DNA of 57,397 nucleotides, filler included, from Sphacelaria rigidula (taxonomy: Eukaryota): assembly GCA_964200075.2 (NCBI GenBank). It is 3 parts of 3 records of this genome, joined end to end, with 100 filler letters (N's around TTAATTAATTAA, not from the genome) between each part and the next. Parts side by side here need not be neighbours in the genome. Positions count along the whole stretch, not along the records: positions 38,335 to 57,397 come from CAXNAA020000738.1; 2 more parts are not named here. One strand, given 5' to 3'. This document shows positions 38,335-50,800 of this stretch, piece after piece. The notes under the pieces are model-generated. The model made no database searches. It was given only the letters and a program-made list of their open reading frames with translations, and was not told the DNA's origin. How positions within the stretch are numbered: the first letter of the stretch is position 1; every line of letters starts with the position of its first letter. A program made the position numbers and the translations under genes.

Positions 38335-41300
38335 GGTCCAAGAAACATAGTTTTCATTCTTGAGCGCAGTGACTAGGTGGAATTAAAAAAAACAATAATT
38401 TTTGAGTCTTCACTTATATAATCCAGATCGAGCCGGTCCACCGAAAACACCGAAAAGCTGGAGCCTGGGGTCGTATTTTCGCAGGACCTCCGAAGATCGG
38501 TCAAGCCCTTAAGTCACTCATGATTGATCGTAGATGATTTATATTTCAATATTTGTCGAGAGGATTCAACTATCTCCGGATGACCATTTTTTGGTCACCA
38601 ACAGCCATTGTGATGAGCGGTGGCAAGCAAAACAAATTAGGACAATCTTTGTGAAACTAAGAAATTACGGATTCTGCATACTTCTGACGCTGACTACTGT
38701 ACTGCGTTAGCTGTCTGATGCCCCATGTGTAAGGTGCTTGGTTGTCTCCAGCGTTCGTTTTACCTCAACAACTTTCCACGGTTGGAACGAATCATCACGA
38801 CTCAAAATCACCAAATTCACGATTTCTTCGGCCTGATTGCCCAAAAGGGAGAAAAACGTTGATCACTGGTCCAAGGGGTATCCCCGCAACTTCTACGCCG
38901 TCCCACGTGTCTGGGCTGCGTATACCTGGGCTGCAACGCTGAAATAAAGCCTAGGGATTGATTCGTACGAGTCGAATCATCATACTAAATCAAGTAATTT
39001 CCAGACGAATCATTATTTGTCCGACCCTTGCAACTTTCTGTCGCGTTACCGACTGTATCTGTTTCGCAAGAAGATTCGCCAGCGATGGCCAGCCAGTTGG
39101 CATCGTGCTATTTTTGTCTCTACGGCACCGATCAACGCGAGCCATCCACAACGACAGCACGATTGATGCGGGTACAGTCCTTTTCTTGGGTTATGTTCCG
39201 TCCCAGCAGCATGGAACAACACACAACGATGACGATGGAGCTATCTTGACCCTTAGACAGCGACCCCCCCCCCCAGGTGGACTGAGTTGGACTTTGCCAA
39301 ATTTGGGGGTTTAGAACTGCTCTTTTCTTGCTACACGAAACGCCCTATTCATGAACATGTGGATATTTGTCGTTTATTAAAAAAATAGTCCAGGAGAACC
39401 CCTGACCAGTTTTGACCCTGCAGTCAACTGCGTGCAGAGTCGGTATGTATGTGTGCTGTATGTTTTCACTGGATACGACGGCAAGAGACTGTAAGTGTGC
39501 CACCGCTTTCCACTGAAAACAATTTACTGCATGCTGCTGATGCCTCTACCTAGTGCTCAACAACAACACTACGGACAGGATGGAGCTATGCTGGCAGCAC
39601 ATGAGGGGTCAGGCAGGCAGCGTAGACCACGAGCAGAATACAAAACACGTTATTCGTACGCATGTAATCTATGGTTGATTTCCCATTACCAAAATGAGTC
39701 GTGGGGGTAGACAGCGAATTAGTCCAATGTAGTCCACCCGAACCGGAAGAACATGCTCATTTTGACGACCGTGATTGGTCAGAATGGGCATCCCGCGCCT
39801 CTCGGGCCTCGTGCACGGCTCACGATTTTCCGCGGAAAACTTTCAAACACACATGGGTGACTTGGTGAGCTTTTCGGCTCCTGTGCGGAACCCCCCCCCC
39901 CCTCAAAAATCACAGCCCCCGACTACCGGAAACCCCGGAACGTCCCTGGACTGTCAGCCAGTGAAACTGTTGCGAGGCGACGCTCGCTGTTTAAGGGTCA
40001 AATCATGCCCGGTATCCAAGGCCGTGCAGACTGCAGCAACAAGCTAAGCGCAAATGGAGTCTGCAACACCAACCCCGACCACCGCAACGATGTCGCGTGC
40101 ACGGCGACACTCAAAGCAAACGTTGGGTACACTAACCGTATTCCAAAAGACAGAGCACCGCTTGTGAGACCGTCGTTGTCTTGGATGTCATCCTGCCTCC
40201 GCACGGTACTGTACTGCGGCTGCGGGCACCGGAAGACCAGCAAAACCATGTTTAAGGGAGTGCATACTAAAATCAAGCTTGTATTATGAAATGTACTATG
40301 AAACGTAGAGGGACTGGTCAAACCTTTGAATTAAATAAGTCGGAAATAGTGTTTGTAGCATGGGAAAAACAACGTACCTTTGAACCCACCGCCTCAAAAA
40401 TGCGGCGGTTCTGGATTTATTACCAGTATTATTATTTCCCCGCTTTGGTCTTATCTGTCGAACCCGTGGTCACAGGCGTAGGCTCGTATTTCTAATACCG
40501 TCCCTGCTATTCCTTATAAAACAGGAGTCTTCATCATTTTTTCCGAGACTCTAGACTAATCACAAGAACAGAAACAATCAACCAATAATATGACCAAAAC
40601 AAAAATAAGAAGAGAGATACCAGCAATGAAGTGAAAAGCAGCTTCCCCGAGTTCATCGGCATGACTGGAAGTGGCCGTTATTAGTCCAACATATCTGTAA
40701 TGCTATAGACAGGACGCAACAAGGCAACACAACACCTACAAACCGAGCTCCGAAAAAACCCGCACGGACACCCAGCTGGGGTTTTATTGATTTCACGCGA
40801 ATTTCCCCCGATTTGCACAGGCGTTTGACCTTTTCGAAACCGGAGCGGCAAAGAGTGCCGTGATAGCTCAGACCGTGCCCACTTGCACCGGCTGTTGGGC
40901 AGTTTCATTGTACAGGTAGCGTGCACGATGTTGACAGAGTGAACAGCAGGAGTTGACGCCGTACCCTGCGGCGATGGTGACAACATTCGTTAGAGAATAA
41001 AACAGCGACGCCGTACGAAAGGGCGACAGTAATATACTGCACTGCACTGTCTGATGTACCGCCGTAACGATCGGTGCTGTACTACGCTACGGTCTATTGT
41101 GGTTGTATTTGCAAGGTGATGTACGGCGCTGCCGTCGTACTGTACTCGCATACTGTTCCCGTAAAATGGACTTTACCGTCATATTACCGTGCGGTAAAAC
41201 CATGTACTGTGATGATGGAGCGTACTGCACTGCGCTACGTTTGGGTACCACCGTATGGCACTGTACTTGAAGAATGCTTCACTCCCTGCCTTTTCTCGGC

Positions 41301-41800
41301 GTCACTATAATAATATGGGGTCATATTGGCTGACTTGTTTTCTCTCTCGGAATACCCGAATTTTGCGGGCAGATATTTTTTTCTCCGAAAAAGTGAGAGT
41401 CGATTTACAAACTAGGTCAGGCAATATATCAACTCGAGACTGACCATCATGCAATTTCTCCGGAAATCCAGATCTTTTTCGCACAAGTTGAAAAAAAAAC
41501 ATTTTTTCGGGTATGCTCGCCCTGCTTCCCTGCTACAGTACAGTGCACCGTCCCTCTCCACGTTACTCATGCAAATCCAGCTGTCTGCATTAACTGTGAA
41601 CTGCAAACTGATGACCGTGTCGGCGCTGTACATACAGGCTCGAGTGGTGCTGTCTTTATAGTGTCACCACCCCAACCAGGTACTCACTGGCGCGCACCAC
41701 TTGTGGTGGTCTCTATATCAAACTTCCTTGTTTTAGTGACGCACGACGACCATGGCCCCGCCTCAGTTCTTTCCTCAACTTTCCGGGATTTATTCCGCAG

Positions 41801-44800
41801 GATCACTCCACGCGCGGTAGGGTGGCGAATAGAAGTGCTCGACTCACTGGGAGAGCTATCCAGCCACGTCCTCTGTGAACCGGAACCGACCGGCACCGGC
41901 TCAACGGAACTCGCCCCCGACCGAGGTGCTAACAAGTGGCACAGCGTGGTTGTCTTGGGACGTTCTTCTGTAGCCATCGGTGGCGGCCAGCAGGGACATG
42001 ACGCCGTGTCAGCCGAAGCGCTAGAGGGCAGAGATGCGGCGACTGCCACCGGCATGGGTAAGAGCGGAGGGCATGCCACAGGCGATCGAGCGAGCGCTCA
42101 GGCAAAGGACGACTCGGTCGGGATAGATTCGGAGTCGTCGGTATTTGAAGTCAAGTTCGAGAGCGGTACGACGGCAGACCTTGATTTATCTCACTTCAGT
42201 ATCCGGTGGATCTCGTTTGTGGGCCCAGTTCAAGGGGGTGTTATTTGCCACGATGGGGGCCACGCCAACGCAAACGGTGTTGCAGACAGGAATGGCGACG
42301 ACGGGTTGCCACCCACCCGCCCGCCAGGATTCGAGACAATGGAAGACCTTTCCGGCCCGCTCGCCAATAGCCAAGCCGATGTCGGCACGCGAGTCGACGT
42401 ATGGTGGCCGCGGTACAATTCGTACTTCCGAGCGACGGTGAGCAATAGTGGATGCGCGCTAAGAACAGGCGCGTCGAACGCGAGCCCTTGCCACTATACC
42501 AAAGGAGGGGGCAGCGTGTGAACGCGATAGCGTGCCAGATTTTCATTGGAAATTGCCAATGTGTTGTTGTTTTTGTTGATTTCAAGCATGGCCCTGTCAA
42601 CACTCTATGATGCGCTCCTGCGCTACGTGTCGTACCTCAACACTCGGCTGATGTCAATCTGACGCTGTGCCCACCGCGCCTCCTTGAATCTCTACCCGAG
42701 TTACCCTGACAGATCGAGTGCTACAACCCCGGACATGATTTGCACACCTTGCTTTACGACGACGGCGATGTGAGCGAGGTGGACATGTCCAAGCGTGGAT
42801 TTCACGTCGTCGGCCGAGTCAGACGCCCACCGCCCGAAGAAGGCGTAACAACCACTGCAGGCGAAAAAGCACCGCGCACAAAGATGATGCCTAGCTCGAT
42901 TCCAGAGAAAAAACGACAACCGACACTCGGGCCTCGACCTCCCGCCCAGTATGCCCACGCGACTGCATCCGCGTACGTCATCACGGCTGTCAACAGGTTT
43001 GGCAACGCTGGCGGTATGGCTCTGCTGGCCCGGCGACTGGGCAGCGGCTGGGCTCCGTTTACAGAGGTGCTAGAGACGATGCGTTTGGGGAAGGCCCTGT
43101 GGGGGCACGCGTCTTCGCGAGGGATCAAGGAGATCAACTGGACTCTCAAGGAGTGTGTGCCGGCGGCTCTTGTGGCGGCGCCCCCGGAGTCTATGCGCGC
43201 CGCCACGAAAGCGGACATTGATGAGTGCATGTCTTGCGTTCGCGAGCTGGCGTTGACGAGTTCTGTGTCGAGGGGCGCGCAACCCCCACCCATCCTGATG
43301 CAGGAGCTTGAACAGTTGGAGCTGGGAATAGCCATGAAACGTTTTCGATGTCCCTCGCTTGAGAGACGTCTCGGCGGGTTAATGCACATCTGCAGCCTGG
43401 TAACCCTGGCCGAGCAACGGGAGCGAGAGGCATTCAACGCGGGCGGAGCGTTACCAACGATTTTGCTAGACAGCGACAAGACTGCGTGGGTGACCGCGGG
43501 AACGATGGAACGATGGTTGGTTGAGATCCGGTTCTTGGAGGAACTATTCGGATCCAGCATGCACATGGAGCTGGCCAAACGTTCTCAGCCAATACTTGCG
43601 TTTCTGGCTAAGCGGAACGCGGTGAGCACTGCCCACCTGAACCTCCTGTGGAGCAGCACCGTGGGCAAGCACGAGGCGGTCGTGCGAGTAATGTGCTCAG
43701 TCGTTGTCGACCTCGTTCCTTTCCTGTCCCCTCACAAGCGGTTGCACCTGTTTTCCTGCCTTGCGCAGACCCCGTTCTATAAATACACGGAACAGACGCT
43801 TGATCTAGTTTACCAGTTCACGGTGACAGCTTTGCAGGCGCACAGAACAGTCAAGGCACCGACCGGAAAATCGGGCCAAGACGATTCATCCGCAGCGGCT
43901 CACACATCGGGCTCTTCGACTCTTCACAACCTTGCTCAAGGTGGAGCTAGGACCACGCCCGAAGAACCTGCCACAGTCGCCGGCGGGAAAGGGTTTCGAA
44001 GAGGCCAGGTGTTGCACTGCCGTGAGCGAGAGTGGATGGGCTACGGGTACAGCCTGCTCTGGCATTTTGTTCAGGATGCGCACGAACAGGAAGCCGACGG
44101 AATAGACTCTCGTAGTCCTACCGTGACGCGGAGCCCTCAAAAGTTTCGCCTTGGCGAGGGTTCGAGCAGTACCAAGACGTTGAGCGGCGCCCATGGACAT
44201 CGTGGTGGAGGCGGCAGTGGAACAGTCAGCCCCAAACTCACATCGTTGGCAGCACGTTACCTGGTGTCCTTGCTCAAGGAGCCAGAGGTCGCACATGAGC
44301 TTTGGCCGTTGATCACGAGGTGCATGGACAACCTTTTGGCGAGGCGCAGCGTTCCCTCAAGCCTTGAGGTCCTGCGGAGAGCGATTTCGACACTACCGGC
44401 GCACGAAGCGAAAAGCTGGTTCGGTGCATCCCGATCTAAAGAAAACAGCGTTCCCGGAGCTCTTGAGACGTTGCAGAAGACGCAAAAATTACTGCCGGCG
44501 TTGCTAGAAGAAATTGAGAGCTACCATACCGGGGTGGCGTCTCACTACGGGATCAAATTGCGATCGCTTACAGCGGGGACAAGCACATCGTCACGCTTAC
44601 CCACCGATGGAACGGCTGAAAGCGGTCGAGCTACCGAGATAGATCGATTGGACGCAGGTGGGGAAAAATGTGATCCCGCCGCCAACGATGGTAGTGCAGC
44701 CGCGATGATGGCGGCGGCGGCAGGTCCGCCGAATGGTAGTCCAAAATGGAGCGCGGGTCTCACTGAGCAGGTACACACGCGACTTAACCACGGGCGCGTA

Positions 44801-47800
44801 AGGGTGAAAGATTTGATGACGCGCTACACACATCTGCAACATGTGCAAGCGAGATTGGACTTTTTGATGTTTGTGGTGACAAACTCGAGCCTTTGTCTCT
44901 CGGAGGCACACGTGGATCTGATATGGAGAATACTTGTAGAAGAAGCGCTCACTCCCGAGGCAGCAGACTTGGCGCTGATATGGCTAAGAAAAGCGTGTGC
45001 AACGGTAGGAGACGCGATCGTTCCACCTCAGCAAGCCGGTGATGGCCCTGGCTCAGCTTCTCCTGCGCGTGCTCAGGAGTCGATGGTTGATCTATCGAGT
45101 GGCTCATCAAGGGTCGCGTCAGTAGGGTTGATTGGTACCTTGCCAGCACTTTCCGAGGCAGTGCTGACGCACCTGTTCGAGAACAAGCTTGCTAAGGTCT
45201 TTTTTGACGGTTTTGGCATTAGACCTGAAGTAGCCGTATTATTCCGCTTGCTGTTCATACACATCAACTGCCGTAGCAAGGCAATCCGTCCAGAGGTGAA
45301 AACAAGCGGTGCCGGAGGTGCATCTGGCGTCGAGTCGGCGTTTGCCCTTGGAGAAGCGGGGGGAAACTGGGTGAGGCACGGAATGGAGCTCGAAGGTCTC
45401 GATACTCTTTGGGAGATCGTGTTGGATGCCACGGGGTCCCAGGCCTCTCGCGCGGCCGCCGCCCTCCTTGTGGAGCTCCACCACCGTCTAGGACCGAAGC
45501 TCAAGGGCAAGGCTGCCAAGATCGGAGCAGGTTTTGTCGACACCTGCCTCAACCACTTACGCGCGTCTATGTCGAGCATGGCTAAGCTTCGAGCGACCTC
45601 TCCTTCATGGCCCAAGGATTCGACAAGGAATGGGCATGGCAGTGGTCACGAATCTCTCGAGGAAAAGGGGCCGTCGAACGAGGCCAAGGGGCTAGATGTG
45701 GAGGGTCGAATTGATGGTCCTCCCCGCTTTGGTAGAAGTCGATCCTCTAGCTTGCAGCCGCCGAGCGAACGGCGACACAAAATGGGCAGGTCGCGGGCAG
45801 CCAGCGTCGAGAGTAGAGATCCGGAGCGAGCGGGTGAGCTAGAAAGTGATAGCGGGGGGCCCGGCCACGCGCGCGATGCGGCCATTGAGTCCTTCCGCCG
45901 ACGGGTGGGACGGTGTATTCTCCTGCTTGCGAGTTTTGTAGGAAAGGGTAAAGAGGAAGAGCACAACGTCGCTGCTGGCGCAGAAGCAGTGGTGCGGGTA
46001 GGCGTGCCGACGGGGTCGCACTGCCTTCCAGTATTGGAAATCCGTCTTCCCGGTAGCACCACGCTAGGCAGTCTACGTTACGAGGTAGCACGGCACTTCC
46101 GCGTCCCTCCGGAGTATTTAGAGTTAGTTAGAGAGGTGAAGCGCAAGGGCAACACCGTGGCAGAGAAGCTAGACCAAGACGGGACCTCCTTGGAGGCCGT
46201 CGGCCTCGTCGCCCCCCGGCCTCCACCTGCGCCTCCCGCGGTGATGGCCGCAATTGGGACACCGGCGACCGCATCGGTGACAGTACTGTCCGACTTTGCG
46301 GTGCCACGCGGAACCTCGTCAAGCGTGGAGATTATGGCGAGACTAGTAGGTGAGGTAGCAGTTGGGCGTCAATCGGCGGACAAAGCACTGAAAAAGGAAA
46401 TATCGGATAGAGGCTTTGGCACCGTCTCTGCAGCCGCCACCAGCGGAGCAGCGGCAGCTGGTACAGCGTCGGCAGCGCCAGCCGTCGTCGCGACCGGAAC
46501 AGGTGGTGGAGGCGGTAGTGCTACCGCCGACACCTCGAAGGTAGCAACCAAGCCGGCAGGGCTGCCTGACCTGATTGCTGTAGACGACCTCGTGGACGGG
46601 TGGGTGGAGGATGAAACCCCGTCCAGGTGGCCGAGTCTCACGATGCCTTCTGAGCACCCCGGCACGGTCACTGTGTTATGTCCTGAGCGACGCCGGGTCC
46701 GAAACTCGCATCACTCAAGCACAGGAGAGGTCGCACTACTGAGCGCGTGTGACGCGGCGACAGTAGCCCGCGTGCAAAACGCCACGACTACCGGGGGACT
46801 GAACGAAATGACAGCGGGACCCGAAGCAGTTGGCGAATCATTGCCGAGAAGACGGTCCTTCCGCCGACCGAGCTCTTCCAGCTTGAGCATGGCGTTGAAC
46901 AGCGTCCAGAAACCGGTCCCTCGCACCCAGTCTACGTCGTCCTTTCCGTCTCTCCCGTCGCGGATAGGGCGCCTAACTTCGCGGACCACTACGATGGAGG
47001 AACAGCCCCCTGCGCCAGCAGCAGCTGCCACGGTAGCCGAGGCAGGAACTATCGGCAATGACGCCGAGGGCGCCGGGACATCCCCATCGCACTCACCCCC
47101 TCCGTCGAGGTCAGCTTTGGGTAGCCCTGGTGACGCGTCCGCTGCCCGTGCGATTGGAGGCCGAAAGCTTTCGTCGGCGGGAGCAGCTACGGCGGTATCG
47201 TTGGAGTCGCTTCTGCCGGACGGGCCCGAACTTTTGGCGCCATCCCCCCTCCCTCTGGTCCCACCACTCCCACACAAGGCAGAGATGTTGCTCCTCGTCG
47301 GCCCCGCTTCTTCCTCCGCAAGTTCTCATGGAGATGCGGGCGGCGGCGGCGGGGGTGGGGGCGGCGGTGCCGGTAATGCGTTGACTTCGCTCCCATCTCT
47401 CAGCAGCCTTCTCGCATCCGCGCAAAGTGTTCGAGGGGTCGGCGTGAGCGGGGGAGGGAGCACAGGAGATTCAGCAAATATGGGCTCCTCCGGAAAATTT
47501 GTGATGACTGAGCCGCCGGCCGCAGCGGAGGCCGTAGGAGAACCGCAGCACATGGATCAGCTCTTTAACTTGCTCGAGGTTGACTTGGGTAAGGGCTGGG
47601 CCGCGTCGGAAGAAGCAACTACCAACGGCCGCGGAAGGCCTCGCGCCAAGGTACAGGCGGTGACGGGCGGATGGCCGTGGGGAGTCGGTGCGGAGAGTGG
47701 GGAAACTCGGCTGGACGTGAGGAGATGGCGGTCCTCTCGCCTTGGAAGCAAAGAAGAGCATGGCGCGGTCGGCGACGTGGACGTCAATTCGTCCTTGTGG

Positions 47801-50800
47801 CACATCATTCAGACGTTGCCTCTGGATCCGACCGTGGTCCGAGATCTACGAAGTTTGCGCAAGGTAGAGAGCGGTTGGAACACTCTACTCGACCCGCGTC
47901 GTTGCTACAGATTCGTGTACACCCTACAGGTCGTGGATGCGTTTTGCACGGCTCGGATCAATCTGTCGGGGCCCAAAGCTGTCGAATCCGTCCTTGGCTG
48001 GTCCCTGCGTTTCTGTAAACTTGGCGGCCTCGAGCACCTGGTGTCGGCGTTCAAAATTGTACGCAACATGGTGACGACAGCGGAAGGGGTGGGAGGGTTT
48101 AGCTCGGGTTCAACCGCGGGCTGTTCTACGCTGGAGGCAAGAACTTTGAGTGCTGCACTGCTATCCAGAGTGCTCCACCATCTGCTTCAGTTTAACATGA
48201 CCTACTTCAGGAGCTGTGCGCCTGATGAGCGCTGGTCGCCGGCGGTTCTGTTTCACAGGAGTCGAGACTCGCAGCCGCCATCAGCCGCCGCACCGCCTGT
48301 GCAAAATTCCAACTCCCAGCCTGAGAAAGAGAGGGGGTTTTCTCTCCCCAAGCTCCCGGGTTCAACGGCATCGAATAACAATCCAAAGGACGGAGCCAAG
48401 ATACCAGACGTGGATTTACCCAGCCCGCCGCCGACGTTCACGGTAGAACTGGAACCTGTTGTCGGACGGCTGCTCTCTGACGCTGTGGATCTACTGCTAT
48501 CACTCCTCCGCCAAAACGCGCCGGCGAAGCCTCTCGTGTCCGCCGTTTCCCACGTGCTTAGTCTCGTGATGGGTCTCGCGGGTGGCGTCACCGAAGGCAT
48601 GCTTGCCCTCGAGCAACACCCGGCGCTCGGCAGCCTTCTTCGCACCGTGTGCTTGCGCGTTCCAAACCCGGTCATCCGCCGGGCGGCATGCGCGGTGTTT
48701 TACCGTGCTGCGCACTGGCAGGGTCTGGGGCGAGATTCTAGTGCGCTACCGCCGCTGACAGCGAAGGCAGCCGCGGTGACGGGTGAGGAATTGGCGGAGG
48801 AAGACAAGCGGGGAGACCTAGCACGAGTTCTTTTCTCGAGCCTGCAGGCTGATGTTGGGCGAGTGGTACACCCGCCATTTGCTCCCGCGAGTCGGTCGAT
48901 GTCGGCGACCGGTGGAGAATGTGCACGTACTATGCCGGCCATAGACGTTCCGCGTCTGCATTTGGTCGAGGTCACGTCCCTAGTAGCAGGGCTGGTTCAT
49001 GTGATGTTGCAGCGACAACCGCAACGGCAGGATGGGGGAGCCAGTAGAGTAGGGCCGAAGACAAGCGGCGAATGCGTCGCCGTCACGGCGACGAGGGTGC
49101 ACCCCGTTCTTGGTGATGCAACCCACCCCCCACAGCTCATCTCCCAGTTCGAACAGCGAGGTTGCGACGATTCCACAACTTGTTTGACGCCCTCTGCTTT
49201 GGGGGCATCAGCCGTCGTTGACGAACAGGGAACTAAGGGCGTAGCCAATGGTCCGTATTCGCTTAACGGGCAGGCTGCTGCATCGAGCAATACAGTGTCA
49301 GCGGCCGGAGAGGCGGCCGAATGGCTTCTTAAAGAGGCTTCAAGGAGGCTGGTCGCCCACGAATTCACGGAAACGTTCAAGTGAGCCAGTCGAGTGATCA
49401 TGTATACCCCCAACACCTTACATGTACTGTCAAAGGCTAATGAGTCGATTGGGGATTTTTTCTTGTGACTGCTCCCTTTCTATGCAGAAGACCCCAGCCC
49501 TCTCCCTCGCGATTCACTGAGATGCGCACGCACAGCATGTGAACACCGTAAGAAGAGTTGTTGAACAGTGTGGAATCGATTGCAAAAGAGTCGCCTACAC
49601 ACATGACAAAAGTCCTGCCACCTCCTGAAGAACTTGCTGAAAAACACCCCATCCCCGTATCGTCCCACGCCCCGCGACCAACCCGGCGGAAAACTCAGGT
49701 CTGACGCACCGGACCACCTTGTTACCAGTCTCCTCCACGCGCTTACCGTTGCCGTCGCAGGCTCCAGCCACCGAAAACGACTCGCGGAATATACATTCGC
49801 GCGCCTCGCCTCCTCCAACCCCGCCGCCGACTCGACTCCGTTCGCACGCCCAGCCGGGTTCACCCCAGCCCCAACCCCAGAACCTGCTGCCGCCGCCACC
49901 ACCACCGGCGCACCTCCCCGTTCGTCGGGTCTCATACGCTTCCTTTACGAGGGGTGCTTGTTCCCGCCCGCTGACGCGCACTCCGGCGCACCTTTATCGG
50001 TGGTGTCGCCGGGAGGGGCAGATGCTGGGCCCGGCCCCAGTGCACCCGTAGCGGCGGCGGCGGCGGTTGCGGAAAGCTCGCTTGGGCCCCGGTGCAAAAA
50101 GAGAGAGTCCCGGCGGGCCGCGTTTGCGTTGCTGGCGGCCTTATGCCGCGAGGAGGCAGCGCATCTGCGACAAGTTCTCGTCCTATTGGGCGGCCGCGAT
50201 TTGGTTGTCGAGAGGTTCTTGGACTCTACCGACGGTGAGAATTGGGAAAGCCGGGCGACGGCGGCGGCTGCTAGCGTGGGGTTCAGTGATGACGTGGTTA
50301 ATGGGCTAGGTGGGGGGTACGGTGACAATGGTCCAGGGAAGGGTGAACATTATGGTGAAGTTGAAACGGGGGCATTGGCGGCGGCCGAAACGGGAGATGC
50401 CGCTGTTCCTACCTTAGTTGTGGACGAAGATGGTGTGGACGGGGTGTCGTCGGGGGAGCCGTGGGACTACGATCCAACGAGCACTCTGAAAGAGTCTGGT
50501 CAACACGTGGGGCTTCAAAACCAGGTGTGTGCATGCGTCCTCCTGTGCGTGTTCGGTTGTGCGGTGGGCGTTGTTGCTCCTTCATTTGGGTGGTTAGTCT
50601 AGCGGTAGGCCGACCGTTGGACGAAGGAAAAACGAAAGAAACGACGGCTCATGCATACGTCATCGAAGGATCACTCCCCCCGCGCGCCTTCCCTCCCCTA
50701 CATCTTGACCCTTGCTGACGTTACGCCTCTACTTGCGTGTCCCAGGGAGCGACGTGCTACATGAACTCGCTGTTGCAGCAGCTATACCACGTGCCCTCTT

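Noticed and set aside
39960..40200. Hydrophobic minus-strand frames as the missing DHHC N-terminal exons
   Set aside because: They contain in-frame stops and lack a DPG motif and convincing splice phases.
42802..49416. Numerous minus-strand ORFs up to 258 aa
   Set aside because: Antisense shadows of the giant USP exon with no independent motifs.
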